NCBI GenBank assembly: GCA_006226415.1
Contig: SBGZ01000054.1
Location: forward strand, 1,554-65,553
Length of the DNA stretch: 64,000 nucleotides
Source: Alphaproteobacteria bacterium
Lineage (GTDB): Bacteria > Pseudomonadota > Alphaproteobacteria > M2410
Direction: 5' to 3'
Shown in pieces: positions 1-8,740 of the stretch. How positions within the stretch are numbered: position 1 is the stretch's first letter; each line of letters starts with the position of its first letter. A program made the translations under genes and the position numbers. The notes beneath the pieces are model-generated. The model saw only the letters and a program-made list of their open reading frames with translations, was not told where the DNA came from and made no database searches.

Positions 1-159
1 ATCCGGATCGCCCCCGCCAACCACTAAACCGATGCGGGCAGTCAAGCAATACACTTCAACCACAACAACGACAAAGTCGTCAATTGTCTGGACCAATAGT
101 GTTGTAGGCAGCCATTTTGAATTTCGCTAAAATTATACCTCGCAAATTGTTTTTGAGGG

Positions 160-1293
160 GTGATCATGTTGAATATCCAATCCATGAGTTTGGGTGTCTT
201 GACTCTATTTTTCACACTATTTGTTTGCCCCGCAGCGCAGGCCCTGCAGACAGGCATGCCGGATGAGAAATATTTTACGACTGACTCACAACGCGAAACT
301 CGCTCGCAATCCGACCAGGTGATTTTAGATGATTTGGATGGGTTAAGTGAGCAGGGTAAAGAAGGGTGGGTTGTTCTTGAGATTGTGATAGCCGAGGATG
401 GTGGGGTCGAAAGAGCTACTATCGTTGAGTCCCACCCTCCCGGCGTATTTGATGAACGAGCTATGAGGCAGGTGCAAAATCGAATTTATGAACCGGCCAT
501 TGTCAACGGCCAACCTTCGCGCCGCACAACACGAGAGATCATTACGTTTCAATTGCAGAAATCGGTTGGCGGACCAGAAATGCTTCGATTAAGGACCAAA
601 TTTCGAAAACAGTTGGACCGGGCTAATACTGCCTTGAGCAAAGGTGATTACGACGAAGCGGCGGCCATTGCCGAAGAAATGGAAGAATCATTCGCCCCCA
701 GTCTCTATGAACAATTTTACATCATGCATTTGAAGGCAAACATCGCCAACGGCAAAGGCGAGATCGGGGATGCAATCCTGTACACCCAAAGAGCAATAGA
801 TATCTCGACTAATCTACTGGATAGGCCAACCCGCGCCGAACTCTATAAGTCCCTATTTGCGTTACAATTGAAAGCGGGCAGAATTCCAGAAGCCATGTTG
901 ACCTTCGAGACTCTTTGGCAATTAGGAACTCTTTCTCCGGATGACCCATACGCGCAAACCTATGCAATGCTTAAAGGCCTCATGGAAAGTAACAAACCAA
1001 TGGTGTACACAGAAGAGTTGTCGAATGCCTGCCATTCATGTGAAGAAACCAAGGGGATGAGCACGCACGTACTTTATCGAGACACTTTCCACTTAGAATT
1101 GACGTCAGGAGAGATTGACCGATTAGAAGTGAGCTGCGATTACAACTGGCAGGAACACAATTTCGAAAATGAAATGACGATTTTCTCAGATCCCGCCTAC
1201 GGTCAATGCAAGGTCAATGTTTATGGGGAGAAGAATGCAGGCTACAAATTGACAGAGACCTGGGCAAACTCGGCGGAACACAGCCAGCGTTGA
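160..1293 (+). CDS. Secreted TonB C-terminal-domain protein with TPR-like tail
   Basis: 377-aa ORF. Signal-like N-terminus LGVLTLFFTLFVCPAAQA. The block WVVLEIVIAEDGGVERATIVESHPPGVFDERAMRQV...PSRRTTREIITFQL fits the TonB_C pattern. Convergent with a TonB-dependent receptor. Confidence 0.6.
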   Translation: MIMLNIQSMSLGVLTLFFTLFVCPAAQALQTGMPDEKYFTTDSQRETRSQSDQVILDDLDGLSEQGKEGWVVLEIVIAEDGGVERATIVESHPPGVFDERAMRQVQNRIYEPAIVNGQPSRRTTREIITFQLQKSVGGPEMLRLRTKFRKQLDRANTALSKGDYDEAAAIAEEMEESFAPSLYEQFYIMHLKANIANGKGEIGDAILYTQRAIDISTNLLDRPTRAELYKSLFALQLKAGRIPEAMLTFETLWQLGTLSPDDPYAQTYAMLKGLMESNKPMVYTEELSNACHSCEETKGMSTHVLYRDTFHLELTSGEIDRLEVSCDYNWQEHNFENEMTIFSDPAYGQCKVNVYGEKNAGYKLTETWANSAEHSQR

Positions 1294-1340
1294 CGTCGTT
1301 GAAAACGGTCTGCAACATTTGGCAGTTCTTGCGATTAATT

Positions 1341-3704
1341 TTAAAAAAGACGACGCAGTGTGAGGCCGAACTCCTGGCCCCGTTGCGGGATAACGCTAAA
1401 GCCGCGCCAGCGACCATTTGGTCCGGAAGGGCTGACAAAGTCAACATAACGGATGATCGACACCGGCGTGTCATCGTCAAAGACATTCTTGCCATAGAAC
1501 TCAAGGCTGAGCGTATCGTTGAGGAGGCCGAGCTTAAAGTCGATCTTTAGACGGTCGCCGGTATGCGCCAGATTGTGAACTTGAGCGTATTTCTTGGACT
1601 CATAGCTTGCGCTCAGCCGGGCAAAACCTTGCCAACCAGATCTAAGCTGCCGGTCATACTGAACGAAAGTATTGGCAGAATGCTTAGGGGCATTCGGCAG
1701 TTCCCGGCCATGCAGGTTGCCGCCCTGTAGGAAATCCGGGTCGTCAAAACCGGAAAGTGCAGCTTCATCAACCGGGTCATTCCCCTTGTCGATTTCTGTC
1801 ATGGCAAGACCATAAGATAAGCCAAACTGCCAGTTCGCGTTGGGTTGATATCCGGCCTCAATCTCAAAGCCCTTGATCGTACTCTCCCCCAGATTGACGA
1901 TGATCGGGACTGATTTCACGGTCAGGTTGGTTTGCTGGATCTCGGCGATCGAGGTGAGCTGTTGGTCGGACCAGTCGATGTAGTAAATGTCCGCTTTGAA
2001 GAACAGCCCTTGCTCAGGCAGTCGGACTTTATAGCCGACCTCGTAGTTCCAGGCCTCTTCTTCATCAATAGTGGCGCGGCCGGTGGCATAGGCCTCCGCG
2101 AGAGCGTCTGGATGGACCGTGGATTTAAAGAAATCAGTATTAAAACCGCCGGGCTTGGTGCCTTTGGCAATATTGCCATAGACCAGACTTTCGGAGCGGA
2201 TCTGATAAGTTGCGGAAAAGCGCGGCGTAAAGCTTTCAAAACTTTCCTCTATTGAATCGGAGAGGAAGATCCGTTCTCGCGCATATCGCGCTTCAAGACT
2301 TAAGGTCAGGGCCTCGGTCGCATCAAATTCCAGATTGCCGAAGATGGCTGAATTCTTGATCCGTTCCGGGTCGCCTGCAGGGGCAAACCCCGCGTAGTGA
2401 GTTCGCCGCTGGTCGGTGTGCCTTTGGTCGTAATAATAAAGGCCGATGCCGCCGCGCAGGGCGCCGAGCTCTGGGCTCGAAAGGCGCAGTTCCGCTGCCT
2501 TGTCTTCGGTTTCCTTCAAGATGACGGTGCCATTGAAAAAGAACAGCGAAGGGCGCCCCCCGGTGTGGTCACTGTCTTCTGCAAGCTGATGCGTGTCCTT
2601 GCTCCAGGAGAGATTGCTGGTCAGGGTCCAGTCCCTCAGGTCATAGTCATACCGGACTGCCAAGCGGGAGGTTTCACGCTCGTTGCCAGGGCTCGCACCG
2701 GGCCCGGTTGAGCCGCCAAAGATAAGGCCCTGCTCGATGTCTGGGATGTTGAGCGACATGCTGCGTCCCGCAACACTCACCTCACCGCAGTAATAGCCGC
2801 GCGACAGCTCTGTTTCTGTTCCGGCGACGGGCATCTTGCAATTGAGCTCATCGGCCCCGATCGCATAGACCGCATAATGACTGTCGTCCATCGTGGTGTG
2901 ATGGGCGGTCAGGCTCAGGCGCGTATCTTCGGTCTCAAAAACGAGTTTACCCAAAACGTTTTGCGTCGACTCTTCTCCCAGCCTCGATCTATCCCCTTTT
3001 GTCGGAGCACCCGGGAAGATAGGCGAAGGAGGTTGGTCGGCCAGCGTGTTGCGCCACTCGGACCCAACAAACGCCTCTCCCGCATAGACAAGAAAGCTGA
3101 GCCGGTCCTCCAACAAGGGGCCGCTGATCAGCATTGAAAGCTGGTGCGAGCCATAACTCCCGGCCCCCACCGTCATGGAACCGGAAAGGTCATCGCCTGG
3201 ATCGCGCGTCACATAGTTCACAGCACCTGCCAGAGTGGAGCGCCCGTAAAGCGAAACTTGAGGGCCGCGCAGCACCTCAATTCTTTCAACCGCCCCCATT
3301 AGCTGGCCGGCAATTGCGCTTTCGGCGTTGACATAATTGCCATCAATGAAAAAGGCGGCATTTGGTGCGCCCAGCACATTGGATTGTCCGCGGATTGTGG
3401 GGCGCTCGGATTGACGCCCGTTGGAGGGGTTCATATTGAAATTGACGAGCGTGTCGGCAAGATCGTGAACATCCACCACTTCATTTACGGCAAGTTCGTC
3501 GCTTCCGATGGTCGTCACACTCATGGGAATGAGGAAGGCTGGCTCTTCTCTCTTGCGCGCGGTGATAATGATTTCGTCGATTATGCCGGGTCTCCACAAT
3601 GCAGAGGCCTCGGCGCCCACCGCGTTACCATGAGTGCCGATGATCGCAGTTGCGATGCTCAGTAAACCCAGCGTGACAGTTCGGCTAAGCAATTTTGTCT
3701 CCAA
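1341..3704 (-). CDS. TonB-dependent outer-membrane receptor
   Basis: 787-aa ORF with a signal peptide. Plug motifs DEIIITARKRE and IEVLRGPQVSLYGRSTLAGAVNYVT. Long beta-barrel region ending in a terminal aromatic (...LTLRRLF). Confidence 0.85.
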   Translation of the reverse strand: METKLLSRTVTLGLLSIATAIIGTHGNAVGAEASALWRPGIIDEIIITARKREEPAFLIPMSVTTIGSDELAVNEVVDVHDLADTLVNFNMNPSNGRQSERPTIRGQSNVLGAPNAAFFIDGNYVNAESAIAGQLMGAVERIEVLRGPQVSLYGRSTLAGAVNYVTRDPGDDLSGSMTVGAGSYGSHQLSMLISGPLLEDRLSFLVYAGEAFVGSEWRNTLADQPPSPIFPGAPTKGDRSRLGEESTQNVLGKLVFETEDTRLSLTAHHTTMDDSHYAVYAIGADELNCKMPVAGTETELSRGYYCGEVSVAGRSMSLNIPDIEQGLIFGGSTGPGASPGNERETSRLAVRYDYDLRDWTLTSNLSWSKDTHQLAEDSDHTGGRPSLFFFNGTVILKETEDKAAELRLSSPELGALRGGIGLYYYDQRHTDQRRTHYAGFAPAGDPERIKNSAIFGNLEFDATEALTLSLEARYARERIFLSDSIEESFESFTPRFSATYQIRSESLVYGNIAKGTKPGGFNTDFFKSTVHPDALAEAYATGRATIDEEEAWNYEVGYKVRLPEQGLFFKADIYYIDWSDQQLTSIAEIQQTNLTVKSVPIIVNLGESTIKGFEIEAGYQPNANWQFGLSYGLAMTEIDKGNDPVDEAALSGFDDPDFLQGGNLHGRELPNAPKHSANTFVQYDRQLRSGWQGFARLSASYESKKYAQVHNLAHTGDRLKIDFKLGLLNDTLSLEFYGKNVFDDDTPVSIIRYVDFVSPSGPNGRWRGFSVIPQRGQEFGLTLRRLF

Positions 3705-3716
3705 TGTTCTATCTAT

Positions 3717-4439
3717 CTACTTGCTCTTAATGGAAGAGCGGATGGCGGGAATATTTGAAATGATGACCTGATTACCTCGCGACTGCAGACCCAACTTGCG
3801 CAGCTTGGCCAGAGACCTCGAAAGCGTTTCTGGCTGCATGCCAAGTCGGCCCGCCAGAAGTGATTTTTCGATGGGCAAATAGATCGTTGCCTCTTTTGCG
3901 CCCTTGGGGCATTGGCTCAATAGAAAATTGGCCAACCTCTCCGTGGAGGACTGGACGGACAATTGCTCAATCTGTCTGACCAGGCTGCGCATGTGCCGTG
4001 ACATGGACGCGACAATGGTCAGGGCATACTCGGAGTTTTCCTTGATGGCTCGAAAAACCGAAGACGCAGGAATAATGAGTAGACGGCAGGAGGTCACGGT
4101 GATGGCGTTGACCGGGAACCCTCCCTTTGAAAACATGGCGGCTTCAGCGAAGGTTTCTCCCTTGGCGAAGACAGAGATGATGCTTTCCTGTCCCTCAATT
4201 GACTGGCGCGTAAGTTTAACCCAGCCTTCCAGGATCAGATAGAAATGATCCGCTGGCTCCCCCCGTTCAAATAAGGTTGATCGGCGATCGACCGACTTGA
4301 TATGGCCATCGCAAATGAGAGAAACAACAGCCTCGTCGTCCAATTCTTCAAAAAGCGTCGAAGCTTTGACGAGCTGAAAATCATCTTCCCGCAACCCGCC
4401 TGTACGTTTTAACGGATCAATTCTGGAAAGCTCTATCAT
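3717..4439 (-). CDS. Crp/Fnr-family transcription regulator, Dnr/NnrR-like (no N-terminal Cys cluster)
   Basis: 240 aa with a cNMP-binding-like beta-roll (FERGEPADHFYLILEGWVKL). C-terminal HTH carries the E--SR recognition motif (PETLSRSLAKLRKLG). It lacks the FNR Cys cluster. Sits inside the nirS-linked gene string. Confidence 0.85.
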   Translation of the reverse strand: MIELSRIDPLKRTGGLREDDFQLVKASTLFEELDDEAVVSLICDGHIKSVDRRSTLFERGEPADHFYLILEGWVKLTRQSIEGQESIISVFAKGETFAEAAMFSKGGFPVNAITVTSCRLLIIPASSVFRAIKENSEYALTIVASMSRHMRSLVRQIEQLSVQSSTERLANFLLSQCPKGAKEATIYLPIEKSLLAGRLGMQPETLSRSLAKLRKLGLQSRGNQVIISNIPAIRSSIKSK

Positions 4440-4537
4440 GTCGTCACCCCTTTATAACGCTCTTAAGAACACAGACGAACGCTGAGCGCATATTGACCTT
4501 TGGGGATGGTGCGTGCAAGGAATGTCTTGGGAGTGCG

Positions 4538-4948
4538 CTAATTTGCCTCGGTTCTAAACCGGTGAATTTCCGCATCAAAGGTTTTGAAATGATTGGAAAA
4601 CCATAAGGCAAGCCGCTCTTCAAGGCGTTGTGGCAAGGTGCCGCATTCTTCTTCGGGCACCTCATCCATCATGTCCAACAAGGTGTCAAGAAGCGCTTCG
4701 TGATCGGCCTTGTGATCAGCAAAACCAGGGTAATTGGACTGGACCATTTCCTGCTCTTCAAGCGCAAAATGGGCGGAGGTCTGGGCGTGTATTTCCCCCA
4801 AATGCTCTCGCACCGCTTCTTCGCGCTGGGGAGAGGGGGCGTCCGTCGCCATGGCCGTCAGAGCCCGGTTGATGAGGTCAATCAGCTCGCGGTGCTCATG
4901 GTCAATGGCCTCAATGCCAATTCTATATTCGTCTTTCCATTCTAGCAT
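4538..4948 (-). CDS. Bacteriohemerythrin-like protein
   Basis: 136 aa. MLEWKDEYRIGIEAIDHEHRELIDLIN, HFALEEQEM and HKADHEALL give the H-HxxxE-H-HxxxxD iron-ligand pattern of hemerythrins. Confidence 0.8.
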   Translation of the reverse strand: MLEWKDEYRIGIEAIDHEHRELIDLINRALTAMATDAPSPQREEAVREHLGEIHAQTSAHFALEEQEMVQSNYPGFADHKADHEALLDTLLDMMDEVPEEECGTLPQRLEERLALWFSNHFKTFDAEIHRFRTEAN

Positions 4949-4974
4949 GTCGCTTATGCCTCTATTGAGTTGTT

Positions 4975-5463
4975 CTAACGGATCGAGAGGCCGTATTGGT
5001 CAGTGAAGTCGATGACAAGGTGTTGACGAGACGTAAGGTCCACATGAACGGTTTCGCTCAGGTCAAATCCCTCCGCGCGTCTGCTGTGCCGAAAATTGAC
5101 TGTCAATTTATGCGTCCCAATGGGCACCGGAAAAGACTCATAAAGGACCGAGGGACCATCATCTCGAAAGCCCGAAGGGGGAACCTCTTTGTCGAAGAGA
5201 ACCTGGTCGCCGTCGAAAAGCTGCACATAGAGAGGGGCCCGCGCCCGTTCACAAATTTCCTTGCGCTTCATGTTCTGCGGCAGCTTGGCGATTTCTTCCT
5301 GAGTGAGTTGTCGGCAGGCCTCCATGCGATCACCATAAAGGGTAAACGTCAGGCGAATCATGGCCTGATCCTCCGGCATGCGCGGATAAATCGGAAACTG
5401 TGACAGGACCCCGAAGAGTCCGGCCAGGACCACGTAGACCAGGGTGGCTCGGATAGGGTTCAT
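4975..5463 (-). CDS. Membrane-anchored hypothetical protein
   Basis: 162-aa ORF with one N-terminal TM (LVYVVLAGLFGVLSQF). ATGA start/stop overlap with the upstream gene at 5460-5463. I recognise no motif. Confidence 0.5.
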   Translation of the reverse strand: MNPIRATLVYVVLAGLFGVLSQFPIYPRMPEDQAMIRLTFTLYGDRMEACRQLTQEEIAKLPQNMKRKEICERARAPLYVQLFDGDQVLFDKEVPPSGFRDDGPSVLYESFPVPIGTHKLTVNFRHSRRAEGFDLSETVHVDLTSRQHLVIDFTDQYGLSIR

Positions 5464-6983
5464 TCCGTGACCGCCTCCTCGTCGGGCTGTTTGCTCATCT
5501 CTGTTGTCAGGGCAATCCCCGGATCACCGCTCGAACCGGCATTGACGATGCGCCATTTCTCATCATTAACCCGGCCTCTCAGGCGCGGGTCGCGCTGACG
5601 GGCAAAACGCTCTCTTGTCCATTGAAGCCCGGTTCTGTTGAAACACTCTCCGTCGCCGCAAGCCGCAAGGACAACTTCGTCCGCCAATCCCTGTGCCAGA
5701 GTGTAATCAAGAAAAGCCGGCGAGAACATCGCCACGCAAGGCACTTCCAGTTCCACAATCGCCGGGTCGTCTTCGGTATTGGTCTTACTGGCGTGAGAAC
5801 AGCGCACCACGAGCCGTTTGGGGGTGTCACCGCTGCCCGTGCAAACCGAAGTGAGCCGGTCGCGCAGCTCAAGCAATGTGTACCCTTCAAGTTCAATGCC
5901 GGGCACAAGCCGCTCGCCGCGCCGGTAGGGCGATCCGGTCGGGCAGGAGCCCGCACAAATACCGCAGCCAACGCAGAGGTTGGGATTAACGGCGGCCTGC
6001 TGCCGATAGGGCTTGCCATCTGTCCGTGGCACCATCGAGATCGCCGAGTAGGGACAGTCTTTCAGGCACCATTCGCAGCCATTGCAATTGTCGAGATGGA
6101 CGGTGGCAATCTGCCGCTCCGGCTTCGTCCATAAGGCCGGCAGACCCAAAAGCGCGATGGTAAAACCGGCAGCCATGAACCAGACGACCCCCGCTGGCAG
6201 ATAGTCAAGCAGAGGGTAAAGGGCCAGATAATACCAATCAAGGTGCAGGTCCGCAGGGACCTTGGAAAGATCCGCCGCCGCGTGACTGGTGGCCGGGCTG
6301 ATCAGGGAAAGAGCCGTCAGCATCCCAAGAAAGCCGAACGCGGCCATGCGCGGCAGGTTGACTTTGGGTTTGGTAATTCTCTGCACATGGATCCACATGA
6401 GCAAAAGTAGAAACAGGGGCACGAAAATATGGATGAAAATCATCAGACTGAAGAAGCGGTCATCCACCCGATCCGGCGACACAAAATTACGCGCGATGGG
6501 CTCTGAGAAGATGGGCAGCCAGTCGAGCCACTCTGCGGATTTGATGGCGATATATTGGGCAAGTTCGTCCCATACAAGCCAGTAGCCGGTAATGCCCGCC
6601 GCATAGAGAAACAGGATCAGAGGAACCCCTGTCATCCAGCTAAAGGCCCGCGGCCCCGTCAGCCGGCCGTAGGCGAGCTCTCGAAAGAGGTGCAGAAAGA
6701 GGAAGAAGACCATGGCATCGGAGGCGTAGCGATGGAAACTGCGCAACAAGCCGCCCAAGTACCACTGGTCATGGGTGAGATATTCCATCGACTCGTAAAC
6801 ACCGGTGATGCTGGTATCAAAGGCGATGTAGAGATAGATCCCAGAGGCCGCGACGATCCAGTAACAGAAATATCCATAGGCGCCGAGCTGGCACAAGGGA
6901 TTGAGATCAGGACCGAAAGCCTTGTCCAAAAAGCTTTCAAGCCGTCCAAAGCCGCGTTTTGCTATGTTCATCTTGTCGCTCAA
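5460..6983 (-). CDS. Fusion protein: di-heme cytochrome b (bc1/b6-type N-terminal domain) + 2x[4Fe-4S] ferredoxin + MvhD/FlpD-like domain
   Basis: 507 aa. Two H-x13-H pairs lie in TM helices (RSFHRYASDAMVFFLFLHLFR and IHIFVPLFLLLLMWIHVQR). Two CxxCxxCxxxCP motifs follow (CNGCEWCLKDCP, CVGCGICAGSCP). The C-terminal block VPCVAMFSPAFLDYTLAQGLADEVVLAACGDGECFNRTG resembles the methyl-viologen-reducing hydrogenase delta subunit. Confidence 0.75.
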   Translation of the reverse strand: MSDKMNIAKRGFGRLESFLDKAFGPDLNPLCQLGAYGYFCYWIVAASGIYLYIAFDTSITGVYESMEYLTHDQWYLGGLLRSFHRYASDAMVFFLFLHLFRELAYGRLTGPRAFSWMTGVPLILFLYAAGITGYWLVWDELAQYIAIKSAEWLDWLPIFSEPIARNFVSPDRVDDRFFSLMIFIHIFVPLFLLLLMWIHVQRITKPKVNLPRMAAFGFLGMLTALSLISPATSHAAADLSKVPADLHLDWYYLALYPLLDYLPAGVVWFMAAGFTIALLGLPALWTKPERQIATVHLDNCNGCEWCLKDCPYSAISMVPRTDGKPYRQQAAVNPNLCVGCGICAGSCPTGSPYRRGERLVPGIELEGYTLLELRDRLTSVCTGSGDTPKRLVVRCSHASKTNTEDDPAIVELEVPCVAMFSPAFLDYTLAQGLADEVVLAACGDGECFNRTGLQWTRERFARQRDPRLRGRVNDEKWRIVNAGSSGDPGIALTTEMSKQPDEEAVTE

Positions 6984-7828
6984 GCGTCCTGTTTCAAGTT
7001 TCTAAATTCACGGATGAGAAAGATCGCAACAAGAGAAAGGCACAAAAATCCGATGATGATCGTCAGGATAAAGGAATAATCGAACTGATAGCGACCGGTA
7101 TTCGGGTTGTAGATTGTGCAGAACAGCTGGACCTGATTGAGGATGCCGTTAAGGCTTGAGAAATTGGCTGCCGCGCCGAAGACCAGACGTTTCAGGGGCT
7201 CAACGAAGTTAGGCGTGGGCAAGGTCTGGCCATAAATCTGGTAGTAGACCTGACCGGAGCGGTCAAGCAGGGTGACCTGCGCCAGATGATCAAACCCGTA
7301 AGGGGATTTTTCGTACAGAAACCCAAGATCCCGCGAGAGGCTCGCGATCGTTGCCTCGTCGGCACTTAAAAAGAGCCAATTGTCTCTGGAAACACGGTGG
7401 ATGCCTTTGTAAGCGTTCATTTGCCGCGGCGTGTCGACCTGCGTATCAAAGCCGATGGTTAGAATGACGAGATTTTCTTCGCCAATCGTCCGGTCTGAGA
7501 TTTTGACAACAGACTTCAGGCTCTCCACGATCATCGGACAGGTGTGGGAACAGGAAGTGTAGATGAGGTTGATGGCCACGGGTGTACCGCGAAAATCGCT
7601 CAAGGAAACAAGATGGCCATCGCTATCAGTAAACTGATAATCACCAACCTCCCTGCCGATGGCGCCCTGCGAGATATCCAAGGCTGAATCGCGGTCAAAG
7701 GCAAGACCGGCTCGAGCGGTATGGGCACCCTCGTGATCTTGCGCATTGGCGGGTGCATCCACAAGCACGGCGCAGAGCATCAACGCACAAAGGCCTCTGA
7801 GGGTGGCTTTAAAAGACAATCCAGGCAT
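6980..7828 (-). CDS. SCO1/SenC-family copper chaperone (thioredoxin fold) with C-terminal TM
   Basis: 282 aa with a signal peptide. CxxxC motif CSHTCP plus a downstream His (FDHLAQVTLLD). 4-nt overlap with the downstream gene. Confidence 0.8.
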   Translation of the reverse strand: MPGLSFKATLRGLCALMLCAVLVDAPANAQDHEGAHTARAGLAFDRDSALDISQGAIGREVGDYQFTDSDGHLVSLSDFRGTPVAINLIYTSCSHTCPMIVESLKSVVKISDRTIGEENLVILTIGFDTQVDTPRQMNAYKGIHRVSRDNWLFLSADEATIASLSRDLGFLYEKSPYGFDHLAQVTLLDRSGQVYYQIYGQTLPTPNFVEPLKRLVFGAAANFSSLNGILNQVQLFCTIYNPNTGRYQFDYSFILTIIIGFLCLSLVAIFLIREFRNLKQDA

Positions 7829-8672
7829 CCAGAAAGACTCCGGCGAACAATGCCGCTAATTGTATGAGAGACGCGAAAAAATTGCGCATGGCTGTGGCCG
7901 GCCCCGGATTGCGAACGTGCAAGAGACTGTGCCAGAGAAAATAGGCGCCCCCGCCCGCGGCAAAGACAAGATAGATCGGACCAAGACCGATAAAGCCCGG
8001 CACAAGCGAGAGGCCAACGAGAAGGGCCGTGTGGGCCAGAATAACCCAGGCACTCTTCTGCGCCCCGATGGTCATGGGCAGCATCGGAATATTCGCGCGC
8101 TCATAGTCCGCCTTGAGCGCACTGGCCAGGCTCCAAAAGTGCGGCGGCGTCCAAAGAAACAGAACGATCGCCAACACAAAAGGAACGGGGGCTTCAGGAT
8201 TGATGGCGGCAGCGCCGGCGAGCACCGCAAAAGAGCCCGACAATCCCCCGACAACGATGTTGAGAGGGGTGCGGGGTTTCAGCCAGACCGTATAGACAAT
8301 GCAGTAAAAGAAAGCGCCAAGAAACAAATAGGCCGCGACCCAATGATTAAACACAAAGCTCGAAATCACGACCGCAGCTGCGAGCAACGCACAAATTGAT
8401 CCCATCCAATAGGCATTCGCCGTAAAGGCACCGGTCACAAAGGGTCGGTTGCTGGTGCGTTTCATCAAGGCATCAGTGTCACGCTCGACATACTGATTGT
8501 AAGCCCCCGCGGCGGCTGACGAAGCAAAGACACAAAGTGCCAGCACGACGATTTCGCTTGCCGTCAGACCGATGCCAGGGGTGGCGATCATGCCCATCAT
8601 CGCCGTGAGGGTGATGAAAGCGCTGATACGCACTTTAAATACGGACGCCAGCATTTTTCCCATACTACTCAT
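7809..8672 (-). CDS. ctaB: Protoheme IX farnesyltransferase (heme O synthase)
   Basis: UbiA-family polytopic protein with motif NQYVERDTDALMKRTSNRP. Start moved to ATG at 8672 (MSSMGKMLAS...) because the longer ORF would overlap the end of subunit I. Confidence 0.85.
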   Translation of the reverse strand: MSSMGKMLASVFKVRISAFITLTAMMGMIATPGIGLTASEIVVLALCVFASSAAAGAYNQYVERDTDALMKRTSNRPFVTGAFTANAYWMGSICALLAAAVVISSFVFNHWVAAYLFLGAFFYCIVYTVWLKPRTPLNIVVGGLSGSFAVLAGAAAINPEAPVPFVLAIVLFLWTPPHFWSLASALKADYERANIPMLPMTIGAQKSAWVILAHTALLVGLSLVPGFIGLGPIYLVFAAGGGAYFLWHSLLHVRNPGPATAMRNFFASLIQLAALFAGVFLDAWIVF

Positions 8673-8717
8673 GACCACTGGCCACCTTCTGACGACAAAA
8701 GCGAAAACCCTCAAGGG

Positions 8718-8740
8718 GGGAGGTTCGCCTGAAACCTCCC
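8718..8740 (-). other. Intercistronic hairpin directly after the subunit I stop codon
   Basis: gggaggtt (8718-8725) and aacctccc (8733-8740) are perfect complements with a 7-nt loop. No clean U-tract follows, so this is more likely an mRNA processing or stability element than a terminator. Confidence 0.4.

Noticed and set aside
1206-1550. 114-aa plus-strand ORF bridging the TonB_C gene end and the receptor gene end
   Set aside because: It overlaps both convergent genes, mostly antisense to the receptor C-terminus, and has no motif.
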